From: a virus
Lineage: Duplodnaviria; Caudoviricetes
Virus record (IMG/VR): IMGVR_UViG_3300047557_002741
Location: 1-64,000 of that record
Direction: 5' to 3' (one strand)
DNA length: 64,000 nt
Shown: piece by piece, positions 18,531-28,299 of the stretch
Position numbering within the stretch: the first letter of the stretch is position 1
Layout of the letters: the number at the start of each line of letters is the position of its first letter
Program-made: the position numbers and the translations under genes
Notes under the pieces: generated by a model
The model's database searches: none
Seen by the model: only the letters and a program-made list of their open reading frames with translations
Told to the model about the DNA's origin: nothing

Positions 18531-19325
18531 ATGAAAACTGCTTTAATAATTACTGGATATATGAGAAATTGGGAGGACCATTTTCCAAACATTCAGAGAG
18601 AAATAATCGAAAAGTATAATGTAGATGTTTATATTTCATCGTATAGTTACTCAGAATTATACAAAGGTTCTGAAATAGTTGATGTTGACACTAAAAAAAT
18701 TGCAGAAAAATATAAACCAAAAGAATATTTGTTCAGAGAAAGAGAAACTTTACCAGATTTTAATTTCAAAGACAATGGATTAGAAATAAATGGCAGAGAG
18801 TGGTCATATCGTATACTTAAACAATGGTACTGCATATACCTAGGATTGAGTCTTTTTAATCCAGAAGAATACGAGGTAGTAATAAAATGTCGAAGTGACT
18901 TTTCAACCAAAAATTTTAAAGTTAAACCTGAAAAAAATCTTGTTATTCCAGCATGGAAAGTTCATCCTGGACCATGCGAACCTGAAGACTCATATATTGA
19001 TTATTTTGTCTATGGAAAAGGATTTTATATGGAAAAATTAATGAGTCTCTATGAAAAAATACAAGAAATGCATAACAATGATTGTGGCGATGTCTCTCTG
19101 GGAGAAACTCTCATTAAGTCATATCTTGATAGATATGTCGGAAAAGAAAATATAAGTTTTGACTATGATATGGATTGGAAATTAAGAAATGAAATATGGG
19201 CATCCGAATATAGAAAATTATATGAAATAGGAGACCCAGAAAAACTCATTAAAGTTCCAACCACTGAGAAGGATGCGTTGATCCTTGGTGATAATCTGGG
19301 TGCTCTCTCTTTAAAGTTACCCTAA
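18531..19325 (+). CDS. Hypothetical glycosyltransferase-like protein
   Basis: KTALIITGYMR...DVYI...YEVVIKCRSD...DYFVYG pattern; isolated plus-strand gene. Confidence 0.5.
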   Translation: MKTALIITGYMRNWEDHFPNIQREIIEKYNVDVYISSYSYSELYKGSEIVDVDTKKIAEKYKPKEYLFRERETLPDFNFKDNGLEINGREWSYRILKQWYCIYLGLSLFNPEEYEVVIKCRSDFSTKNFKVKPEKNLVIPAWKVHPGPCEPEDSYIDYFVYGKGFYMEKLMSLYEKIQEMHNNDCGDVSLGETLIKSYLDRYVGKENISFDYDMDWKLRNEIWASEYRKLYEIGDPEKLIKVPTTEKDALILGDNLGALSLKLP

Positions 19326-19926
19326 TATCACCAGGAATTACAATACGTTCATCTTTTCTAGTTGTAAATTTTTGGGTAAAATGTCCAATATTACTTGGAA
19401 AAATTACAATAGTTCCTTCAGTAGGAGTGATTGTATAAACATTACAATTATACCGATTATATCCAGTAATCAAATTTCTTTGAATTGCTGTTTGAAATAG
19501 ATCTCCAACACACTCATTTTTATTTGATTGCTGAGCAACGCAAAACTTATCAGAAGTTTCATCTGACTTTAAATAATAAACAAAACTCAAATTAGATTCG
19601 TTATGAGTGTGTGGTTTTACTGATGGAGTTTCATCATTAAAATGACAACCAACCCATGCTTTAATTACATGATAATCTAATTTTGAATAATCTACATTTA
19701 AAATGTTAAAGTAGTTGTCAATATGAGTTCTCAACTCTTTAAAAAAGAGTTGATAGTCTTCATTCAAATGAGCAAAAATACGACCAGAATACTCTGGACT
19801 TTCATTAGTGTACCCATTAAACCAGTATTCTTTTAAAGAATCTAAATTTTTTTCTTTAAATTCATTGTGACACTCAACTTCCCCCTGATAAACTATTAGG
19901 GGGAAGACTTCATGAACTTTATGCAT
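19249..19926 (-). CDS. 2OG-Fe(II) oxygenase
   Basis: H-T-H...LSFVYY...PTEGTIVIFPS..H...R motif. Confidence 0.75.
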   Translation of the reverse strand: MHKVHEVFPLIVYQGEVECHNEFKEKNLDSLKEYWFNGYTNESPEYSGRIFAHLNEDYQLFFKELRTHIDNYFNILNVDYSKLDYHVIKAWVGCHFNDETPSVKPHTHNESNLSFVYYLKSDETSDKFCVAQQSNKNECVGDLFQTAIQRNLITGYNRYNCNVYTITPTEGTIVIFPSNIGHFTQKFTTRKDERIVIPGDIRVTLKREHPDYHQGSTHPSQWLEL

Positions 19927-20540
19927 CAGATAGAATTTATATTATATTCTCTATTATCGCCCGGATAGTCGTTTGGAGTCAAGCCTTGATACTCTGGAAT
20001 ATTTTTTGTGGTATCTTTTCTCACACCAAAAACAACATAATCACAATTGATCTGAGAACCTGAATTATTTTTAATGATAATTCTAGTTCCCCATTCAATT
20101 TTATCCACATACAATTCTTGCCATCTACCAACTGGTGTTAAGTTGACACCAATAGTCTCAACATCAACTAATCCAGTCCAATAATCAGGAAGTTGAATGA
20201 CATCCTCATTTCTTAATTTTCCTCTAAAATAAACTTCGGCATCTGGTCCCTCTAAAGTAATATAACGAAGTCTATAATTTTCTTTCGTTGGGTGAGGAAT
20301 ATCAAATGATTTTTTAGAGTCCCAAATCGGAGCTTTAACTGATAAAGTACCACCATCCCATTTTAAGTCTGTACATTGAATATAATCATGCCTTAGTAAA
20401 GCACAAGCATCTTCTGGGTAATCATTGTCTCCAGTCCAAGGATACATTGGATATCTCCAATCTGCTGTTGGAGTTAAATTTTGCCACTCACCAGTACACG
20501 AAGGATCTCCAATATTTCTAGGTATAAATTCGTTTGCCAT
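19926..20540 (-). CDS. Baseplate/spike-associated protein, paralog of the next ORF
   Basis: KKSFDIPHPTKE..RLR...EGP..VYFRG..LPDYW domain. Confidence 0.6.
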   Translation of the reverse strand: MANEFIPRNIGDPSCTGEWQNLTPTADWRYPMYPWTGDNDYPEDACALLRHDYIQCTDLKWDGGTLSVKAPIWDSKKSFDIPHPTKENYRLRYITLEGPDAEVYFRGKLRNEDVIQLPDYWTGLVDVETIGVNLTPVGRWQELYVDKIEWGTRIIIKNNSGSQINCDYVVFGVRKDTTKNIPEYQGLTPNDYPGDNREYNINSI

Positions 20541-20542
20541 AA

Positions 20543-21319
20543 TTACTCCTTGATATCATAGTGATATCCAGAAACAGAATATTCATTATTGTTTCCTGGA
20601 TAATCTGCTGGGGTTTGACCCTCATATTCGGGGATTAACTTTTCACCATCATTTCTTTCTGCAAAGATATGATAGTAACAATCAATTGGCATACCACCTT
20701 TTGCTTGTAAGAAAACCTTATTCTCACCAATTCTCTTTACAATTACATCTTGATGAGCACCAATAGGAGTCAATGAAACTGTAATAGTTGTTGCGTCTAC
20801 AAATTTTTTCCAATACTCTGGAAGTTCAATTTCTGTAGTATTTTTAACTCTTCCTCTAAAATAAACATCATTAGATGGTCCTTCAGGGCAAGTGTGGCGA
20901 AGTCTCCATCCTTCCTTTGTTGGGTGAGGAATATCAAAATTCTTTTTTGCAGAAAGAATGTGAGTTCCACAACGAGATACTACCTCTCCTTGTGCAATCA
21001 AATCTCTACCAACATTAATATCTTCATTCGTATCAACCATTCCAAAAAATGCAGATGGACCATCAATAGCAAGAGAATATGGATTATTAGATCCAGTGCA
21101 AAGTGCTCCAGCGATCAAAGGTGAAGTTGCTTCTACATTAATATTTGGACCTACCATTAATGTTGCTTCAACAGTAGTAAATTTTTGAGGATCTCCAATA
21201 ATAGCAGGTCCTTCAATAAAAGCAGATCCTCTTGCTTCTGCAGGACCTACTCCCAATGCAATAGGATTTCCACATCCTACAAATAATCTTTTTCCAACAA
21301 ATAAATCAGGTACTTTCAT
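20543..21319 (-). CDS. Baseplate/spike-associated protein
   Basis: KKNFDIPHPTKEGWRLRH..EGP..VYFRG..LPEYW domain; downstream of gp5. Confidence 0.6.
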   Translation of the reverse strand: MKVPDLFVGKRLFVGCGNPIALGVGPAEARGSAFIEGPAIIGDPQKFTTVEATLMVGPNINVEATSPLIAGALCTGSNNPYSLAIDGPSAFFGMVDTNEDINVGRDLIAQGEVVSRCGTHILSAKKNFDIPHPTKEGWRLRHTCPEGPSNDVYFRGRVKNTTEIELPEYWKKFVDATTITVSLTPIGAHQDVIVKRIGENKVFLQAKGGMPIDCYYHIFAERNDGEKLIPEYEGQTPADYPGNNNEYSVSGYHYDIKE

Positions 21320-21909
21320 TTTTTATTTTGCTCCTCGTTTGTGTATGGTCCGGCGCATGGCTTAGATCCATTAAGTTTTGTTGCTCCATCAGCAGCATCA
21401 ATAAGTCCTCCATATATATTTAAGATTGCTTTACCAATCACATCTACAGTTTTTTCGGAGAATATTTTAGTTGATACTTTTGAATTAACATCAATTTGCG
21501 GTGCCTTTATAATAACTTTTTCATTGCCATCAATAATAATATTTCCATTTTTACCATCAGAACCAGAAGCAATTAATTCAATATTCTGAGCCCAAATTAT
21601 AATTCGACCATTTGGTGCTCCTATAAATATATCTCCATTTTCTGCAAGTTGATAAATTGCAGGAATATCTTTCGCAACATCTTTACCTGCCTTGATAGCA
21701 AAAGAACCAGGACACACATTAATAGTAGATCCTTTTCTTCCCTGATCTACACTGCCACTAGAATCCATCGTCATATAATGACGACCACCATCTTCTCCAG
21801 TTCTGAACATGACACCAGAGATATTATTATCGTCATGAATATGACCGAATCTAAGTTCTCCGTGATCATTACCTACTCTATTAAAATGATAGTTAATTTT
21901 TTCAGACAT
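21316..21909 (-). CDS. gp5 C-terminal beta-helix/spike-like protein
   Basis: Beta-rich repeats (AENGDIFIGAPNGRIIIWAQNIELIA) directly after gp5. Confidence 0.55.
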   Translation of the reverse strand: MSEKINYHFNRVGNDHGELRFGHIHDDNNISGVMFRTGEDGGRHYMTMDSSGSVDQGRKGSTINVCPGSFAIKAGKDVAKDIPAIYQLAENGDIFIGAPNGRIIIWAQNIELIASGSDGKNGNIIIDGNEKVIIKAPQIDVNSKVSTKIFSEKTVDVIGKAILNIYGGLIDAADGATKLNGSKPCAGPYTNEEQNKK

Positions 21910-24155
21910 TATACTTTACCTACACAATCTATGACACTAATAATTCCAGTAAATGGAACTTGAGATTCTGGTTCGTCGCCTATTCTTCTTATACTAAATA
22001 TTGGAGTTATTTTAGCATTATAACCAGTATCACTCTCAATGTAAATATTAGGAAATTCTTTAAATCCTTGTCCAGGTTTTGTGATGATTACCTTAGTTAG
22101 AGATCCAAGATCATCAAATTCTGGCGTTAAAACTGCTCCGTTATCTGGAGTTATCACAATCTTGTCATCTTTATTATAAGATAATCCTGGATCAGTTATA
22201 TTTACATCACCAATCTCAAGAACTACAGGATAATTTCCTTCGGAAGTAGATGGATTAGATCCTCTCGGAGGAGTTGAATCAGAACATTTAGGTGCAGTAA
22301 TTGTGATTGTTTCATTAATAACTTGAGGAAGAGATCCACAAGATTGAACAGTATCTCCGGGTAAAAGATTAACAATAGAACCTGCTTGATAAGGAGTATC
22401 ATACGTTCCATTCGCTCTTTTAACAACAGTATCTCCAGACTCTGCCCAAGTTCTACCATCACCACCTTGACTACCATCTGGTGCAGGAAGATAACCTGTT
22501 CCTGGATTATCTATAACCACCGAAGTAACTTGACCATCAGAAACTCTAACAGTTCCAGTTGCTCCTCTACCATTACCGCAGTTATCCTTAAAATTAATGA
22601 ATGGAGCAGAAATATATCCAGAACCTGGAGTAATTATATCAACACCAAGAATATCACCAGCAGCACTTATGATCGCATTTCCTGCAGCACCAGATCCACC
22701 ACCTCCATAGAATTCAACAATAGGAGGTCCACAGAAGACAGGACCAACATTACAAGATCCAAGAGAATCAAAAACGTCGGAAAAATCAAGATCAAAATTA
22801 AAATTGTCAGGATTAATTGATTTTGAAACTGAACTTGCTACAGTTTCAACCTGTCTAATAATTGAATTAAGATCAAGTGTAGATAATGACTCGGATCCTT
22901 CCCAAATACTCCATTCTTTTATTTCGGCACAAGAAGGATTATCATCACAAGAAAGAAATGAAAGTAGATCTATAACGAAATTCAAAATTCCATCAGCAAT
23001 ACTAAATGCTCCACCAACAAGTGCTTTAACTGGACCAAGAATCGCATTAACACCAGAAGTAATTAATCCTGCAAGTTTACCAACCAAAGACCCAACAAAA
23101 TTTTCAACTGCACATAATGGAGTATTAATAAAACGATCTACTGCGGAAAGTAAAAATCTACCAACCATCTTCAAAAGATTACTAACAATTTTTCTAAACA
23201 GACATGCAATCAAATCATTTGCAGTTTCTACTGCTTTTTTTAATCCAGGTCTTTGATTTGGAAATAAAAGATAATATGTATCCTTTAAAGTATTGTTTAT
23301 TTTATTTGTTGTATATTTTTGAACTTCATTGATTAACCACTTAATTCCACCAGAAATGTACTCAGTTGCCTTAGTGATTGCGTTATCAATTTCCTTTTCA
23401 ATATTAGAAATCTTTGTAGATACTTTTGTTTCCCAATTATTTGCTGTTTTTTTAATTCTTTCAATATCAGCAATTAAATTTTTAATTTGTCTTTGAATTG
23501 CTCCTAAAGGAACAGGTTGACACGTAGAAGGACTTGGAATTGGATCTTTTACTTTACCATTGAGATATTGTTCTCTTGAAGCACCATCCTTTTTTTCATG
23601 TCCAGCAACTGCTTCTTGTTTTCCATTATTACTTGCAGTCTGAGTAGAATTAGTTTGAGTTGCTTCTGGTTCTTCTTTAGTAGTTGTTAAAGAATATCTT
23701 GCAATTGTATCTGTATTAGTATACCCACTGAATGGAAAAAATGCTATATCTGGATTATCTTTAGATGCAAGTGCAGTATATTGATTTGTTCCCAATACAC
23801 CCATAATGACAGGTTGTTGAGCATCTTCACCGTCTATAAAAAAACCAAATACAAAATTACCTTGACGAAGAGAAGCATTTGACCATGATCCTGCTCCACC
23901 ACCTCCAGCGGTTACAGGATACATAACTGATGCCCAAGGTAATTGATCGTCAGTTAATTCTTTTTTGTTCGCAGTATGATATCCCATAATGCGAACTTTA
24001 TATCTTTCACCAAATCCTTTATGATCGCCAGTGGTTTTTGTTCTGAATCCAGGAATATTTCCTGCCCATTTTTCTTCAGATACTATCTGACCTATCCACC
24101 AGATAAATCCATCACGACCAACAAAATATCTCTTAAAAAGTCCTTGTTCAATCAT
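21909..24155 (-). CDS. gp5: Baseplate hub subunit gp5 (OB-fold)
   Basis: F.WW.G...R.KVRIMGYH...LPWA...G.FVFGFF.DG..AQ.PVIMG signature. Confidence 0.85.
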   Translation of the reverse strand: MIEQGLFKRYFVGRDGFIWWIGQIVSEEKWAGNIPGFRTKTTGDHKGFGERYKVRIMGYHTANKKELTDDQLPWASVMYPVTAGGGGAGSWSNASLRQGNFVFGFFIDGEDAQQPVIMGVLGTNQYTALASKDNPDIAFFPFSGYTNTDTIARYSLTTTKEEPEATQTNSTQTASNNGKQEAVAGHEKKDGASREQYLNGKVKDPIPSPSTCQPVPLGAIQRQIKNLIADIERIKKTANNWETKVSTKISNIEKEIDNAITKATEYISGGIKWLINEVQKYTTNKINNTLKDTYYLLFPNQRPGLKKAVETANDLIACLFRKIVSNLLKMVGRFLLSAVDRFINTPLCAVENFVGSLVGKLAGLITSGVNAILGPVKALVGGAFSIADGILNFVIDLLSFLSCDDNPSCAEIKEWSIWEGSESLSTLDLNSIIRQVETVASSVSKSINPDNFNFDLDFSDVFDSLGSCNVGPVFCGPPIVEFYGGGGSGAAGNAIISAAGDILGVDIITPGSGYISAPFINFKDNCGNGRGATGTVRVSDGQVTSVVIDNPGTGYLPAPDGSQGGDGRTWAESGDTVVKRANGTYDTPYQAGSIVNLLPGDTVQSCGSLPQVINETITITAPKCSDSTPPRGSNPSTSEGNYPVVLEIGDVNITDPGLSYNKDDKIVITPDNGAVLTPEFDDLGSLTKVIITKPGQGFKEFPNIYIESDTGYNAKITPIFSIRRIGDEPESQVPFTGIISVIDCVGKV

Positions 24156-24370
24156 TAGTCGTCATAAACTCTGCATTCGAGAGCATCTGGGTGAGTGTCG
24201 CAATATAATTCTAAAGAAGTTGGATCATGATCTTCATCCGGATGATTTACTTGATATTGCTCTAAAGCATTAAGTTCATCTTCTAAATGACGACGACGTT
24301 GACCACTAGTATTTGGGTTGTCCAATTCATCTTTATCATTATTAATATGCTGTTGAAGTGTTCTGTCCAT
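24155..24370 (-). CDS. cp12: CP12 Calvin-cycle inhibitor
   Basis: C-terminal LELYCDTHPDALECRVYDD, typical of cyanophage CP12. Confidence 0.9.
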   Translation of the reverse strand: MDRTLQQHINNDKDELDNPNTSGQRRRHLEDELNALEQYQVNHPDEDHDPTSLELYCDTHPDALECRVYDD

Positions 24371-24371
24371 A

Positions 24372-25724
24372 TTAGAAAGGTTTTCTACCGAACGTGTCTC
24401 TCACAAGAGTTAAACTTGTAAATGTATTTCTAGTTGTAACTCTATGACATAGACTTGATATCATATATATACCACCACTCACGCTATTTGGTTCTGTAGT
24501 TTTTTCCAGTGTAAGTTCCGGAAAATCACAGTGAATTAAATCCCCTGCTTTTAAACTAAAATCACCAGGAATCATAATATGTATTTTGATGGTCATCATC
24601 TGATTATATCTCATAATCGATTGAACCATTGTATTAGCAGCATCATAAGTTGGATCGAATGGAGTATTCTTCCAATTTTCTAGTTGGGCAGAAATATCCT
24701 TACCTGATGGAAGTGCTCCAACATCTAAAACATGACTCATTAAACGTGACGTTGGTTTTCTAAATTCTTCTGCGACATAAAGAATATCCTGTCGTCCAGC
24801 ATTAACAATTTTGTCTTTTTGATAATCATCAACATTAAAGTTTCTTACTCTATGATCCATTGCATAAAAATCAAAGAATATACTTCTGTTCGCATAAGTT
24901 CCTAGTGTTAAATTTTGTTGCAAATCAATATCTCTTTCAATTTTATAAGAGAGAATTTTACCATCATACTCACCAGGTTTATCTGCGGTTTGATTAAAAA
25001 TATATTTTTTTACTGGAGTCTGTTCAAACAATTTATCAATAGACTTAAATTTAAATCCATCATAATTTTCATAGAACAAATATCCTGCAGTTCCTCCCTT
25101 TGATGTTTTACCATTTACACTTAACTCAGGAACTGACTTTGATGCCAACCAAGTATTAACATAAAAAGGTTTTCGATCATTTCCAATAAAATTATAATTA
25201 ATTAATGTAGTATCAGTTTCAATATTTTTTGACGTATTTAATCCTTTACGATCAGTAAGAATAGTTCTAACACTATCAGATATTTTGCCGTCATATCTTC
25301 TCACAACTCTTGTTTGTTCGTTTGCAAGAAATTCACGAGTAGATAAATCAATTGAATAAACATCCTTTTGAGTTCCAGGATCTACATCACGAACTCGATT
25401 TATATAAAAAGATTTCTCTGCTTTAAATGATAATTTATTTGGAGTTGGTTGATTATCTTGAAAATCAATAATCACCTGTTCTCCGCCATGAATAGGAAGT
25501 GCATCGAGAATTCCAATGGGTTTTACCTGATCTTTAAGTTTTTTATCAGTAAATCCAGTCTCAACAATTACTGCAGTAGCAGAAACTGAGTTAGATAAAA
25601 CGCTTTCATAATACTTTAGTTCAACTGAAGCTGCAGACATATCTACAGATTCACCACCATTTTTTGCTTGATAAATCTGGAATCTGGTTATATTACCAGA
25701 TCTTGTTGCGGTATTGTCTGCCAT
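24372..25724 (-). CDS. Baseplate hub/tail protein (gp27-like)
   Basis: YYES..S..VSA; GYLFYE..DGFKFKSID; IPGDFSLKAGD...GGIYMISSLCH pattern. Confidence 0.7.
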   Translation of the reverse strand: MADNTATRSGNITRFQIYQAKNGGESVDMSAASVELKYYESVLSNSVSATAVIVETGFTDKKLKDQVKPIGILDALPIHGGEQVIIDFQDNQPTPNKLSFKAEKSFYINRVRDVDPGTQKDVYSIDLSTREFLANEQTRVVRRYDGKISDSVRTILTDRKGLNTSKNIETDTTLINYNFIGNDRKPFYVNTWLASKSVPELSVNGKTSKGGTAGYLFYENYDGFKFKSIDKLFEQTPVKKYIFNQTADKPGEYDGKILSYKIERDIDLQQNLTLGTYANRSIFFDFYAMDHRVRNFNVDDYQKDKIVNAGRQDILYVAEEFRKPTSRLMSHVLDVGALPSGKDISAQLENWKNTPFDPTYDAANTMVQSIMRYNQMMTIKIHIMIPGDFSLKAGDLIHCDFPELTLEKTTEPNSVSGGIYMISSLCHRVTTRNTFTSLTLVRDTFGRKPF

Positions 25725-28298
25725 TTATCCTTGTTTATATAAGAACCCTATCAGTTGTGCTTGATAATAACTATTTAATGCTTCTCTTTTAGAAAGTCCA
25801 ACAGGAATCATTCCACCACCACCTCCACCACCTATTATTGGTGGAGTAGAACCACCACCTAAAGGAATGGGTATAGAAATGATTTGTTGTTGACTTTCAT
25901 AAGATGCTTGCTGTGCAATTTGTCTTGCTTCCTGCGCTAAAGATTGTGTTGGTTGTCTAGGAACTTGTGCAAGTTGAGTAGATGGAACTGCACCACCAGT
26001 GCCTCCTTTATATTGAAATCTATCACCACCAAATATAGATCCAATAGATCTCAAATATTCTAAAGGATTAGTGGTTCCAGAAAATCCAAATCCTCTTGAG
26101 TTTCGATATTCAAGGTGGGTAACGTTAGTTGGTCCAAGTCCATGCGAAACTACTTGTCCTGGAGCAAGAACAGCACCTTTCTTAACTGCAGGATCTAATC
26201 TTCCAAGTTCTGCTAGTCTTTCAATTTTTCCAGTAGGAGTTAATATATCAACATAAGTATAGTATCCACTGCTAGTATGTTTAACATCAACGACTCTTCC
26301 ACCTAAAAATGTAATCTGTTTCGAATTGGAATACATTTGTATATCAACACCAGCGTGCTTATCCAACACTCCACCACTTCTTATTCTTGGAGCACCATAA
26401 TATTGATTTCTCCAGGTGTTTGTTTGATATTGCATTCCAACATTTTGACTTGGACCTACTGATATTGGTTGAAATCTAGCATTACCTAAGGACGTAACAT
26501 TAGCGGGTCCTGGATTTCTATTTCCATATGATATAGATCCAGGTCCAACATACCACCCAAACAAATGCCCATGTCTGGTTTTATATCCATGCCCACCAGG
26601 ATACTTATTTGCTGCTGATGGAACAGCAAAATCAGTTCTTCCTCCAACCCATTCTGCTGCATTTTTTCTTAAACTTGGATTTAGAATATTCTTCGCTGCA
26701 TCATTAACCATATTTGCAGCATTAGCCCTACCCCTAGAATGAGATGAAACAGCAGCAATTGCTGTTGCTTGATCGACAATTGCTGCCCATTTAGAAGGAT
26801 CACTTTCCCTAACTGGAGAATATTGATCTCTAGCATTAATCAATGCCTTAATACTACTTCCAGAATAAACACCAGATGCAAGTCTATTATAAATTGATTG
26901 AGCAACATCTGCTTGTCCTTGAGGATTACCACTTTCTAGAGAAGCAATAGCAGCCAATGCCCAAAAATCAGCATTGCCTCCAGATACCTGACCACCAAGA
27001 CCTCCACCAGCACTAGGTCCAGCAGGTGGTTCTGGTTCTCCTAAATCTCCGGGTGGAGGATTAATTTGAGAAATTTGACCGCTGATATTTCTATAAATTT
27101 CTTTTCCTGCCCAATCTCCAATAGCAGCACCAACGATGCCACCCAAAAATGTTCCAACGCCAGGAATTGGAAGAGCAGCAGTTCCAATCGCTCCCCCAAT
27201 TGTAGCTCCTAATGAAGCACCAACTGCTCCAGCAACTGCATTATCTAATCTCTCACCCATAGCAAGATCAATACCAATACCAATTAATGCACCAATAAAT
27301 GGAATTTTTTTAAAAACTCCTGATACTTTTGCTAAGTGTTTAGCACCTTTTTCACCAAATAATTTTTCAGCCCTTTTTACAAAAGTTGCTGCTGGACGAC
27401 CTCCAATAGCAGCAGCACCTCTTACTCCGGTTCTTGGCAATCCTCTTCTTCCAATAGCGCCAAGACCTCTCTTGGCAACTCCTGTTGCCCTTGTAGAAGC
27501 AGCACCAGTTGCAAGACCAGAAATATTTTTAAAAGTGCTACCCACAAAATTACTAAGTGCTTTTCCAGTCCTAACTAATAAATTTTTTACACTTTTTCCA
27601 AGTGTACTTAATAATTTTCCAGTAAGTTGAGCAGGACCTTTTAATAATGTAGATCCAATTTTAGCAACATTTTTTATAAGTCCTTGGGCAGTATTACTCA
27701 ATGAAATAATAGAAAATTTGATCAAATTAAAAACATTATCAAATCCATTCAAAATATCATCAAGAGCAGAGAAAATAAATTTTCTTTTAGATACAAGAAA
27801 GTTTAACAAACTTCCCAAAAGAATATTTCCAAAAAAGTTTAAAATAGTATCTAAAAAACTAAATTTAGGAAGAGATGGTATTTTTACTCCAGGAATTTTT
27901 GGAATTTTTGGTTTTTCTAATTCTGCTTCTTTTTTTTCTTTTTTTTCTTTTTCATCTAGTTTTCTTTCTTCTCTTATATCTTTATTCTTTTGATTTTTTC
28001 TATCAATAAAAAAATTAACTAAACTATCTAAAGTATCTTTTATTGAAGAAAATCTTTCATTAACATTTTCAAAAGAATTTTTACTGTCTCCAAAAGAATA
28101 TTTTTGAGGTTCTTTAATTAAAGAAGAAGAGGTTTTTACAATTGCCGAAGAAATTTTAGGTCTAAGTTGAATTGAAGATCCTTTTGTTTTTACAATTGCA
28201 CTACTCTTTTTATTTCTTCCAAACAAAGATTCCGTTGATATTTTTTTATCAACTATTTTTCCCGATTGTGTAGATGGTGGTAAGAGTGGTGTTGCCAT
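25725..28298 (-). CDS. Tape-measure/hub-like protein with SleB-like hydrolase and M23 peptidase domains
   Basis: Ala/Gly-rich helical core; ASLES...DVAQSIYNR...QYSP...GHLF; HAGVD...HLEY. Confidence 0.7.
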   Translation of the reverse strand: MATPLLPPSTQSGKIVDKKISTESLFGRNKKSSAIVKTKGSSIQLRPKISSAIVKTSSSLIKEPQKYSFGDSKNSFENVNERFSSIKDTLDSLVNFFIDRKNQKNKDIREERKLDEKEKKEKKEAELEKPKIPKIPGVKIPSLPKFSFLDTILNFFGNILLGSLLNFLVSKRKFIFSALDDILNGFDNVFNLIKFSIISLSNTAQGLIKNVAKIGSTLLKGPAQLTGKLLSTLGKSVKNLLVRTGKALSNFVGSTFKNISGLATGAASTRATGVAKRGLGAIGRRGLPRTGVRGAAAIGGRPAATFVKRAEKLFGEKGAKHLAKVSGVFKKIPFIGALIGIGIDLAMGERLDNAVAGAVGASLGATIGGAIGTAALPIPGVGTFLGGIVGAAIGDWAGKEIYRNISGQISQINPPPGDLGEPEPPAGPSAGGGLGGQVSGGNADFWALAAIASLESGNPQGQADVAQSIYNRLASGVYSGSSIKALINARDQYSPVRESDPSKWAAIVDQATAIAAVSSHSRGRANAANMVNDAAKNILNPSLRKNAAEWVGGRTDFAVPSAANKYPGGHGYKTRHGHLFGWYVGPGSISYGNRNPGPANVTSLGNARFQPISVGPSQNVGMQYQTNTWRNQYYGAPRIRSGGVLDKHAGVDIQMYSNSKQITFLGGRVVDVKHTSSGYYTYVDILTPTGKIERLAELGRLDPAVKKGAVLAPGQVVSHGLGPTNVTHLEYRNSRGFGFSGTTNPLEYLRSIGSIFGGDRFQYKGGTGGAVPSTQLAQVPRQPTQSLAQEARQIAQQASYESQQQIISIPIPLGGGSTPPIIGGGGGGGMIPVGLSKREALNSYYQAQLIGFLYKQG

Positions 28299-28299
28299 A

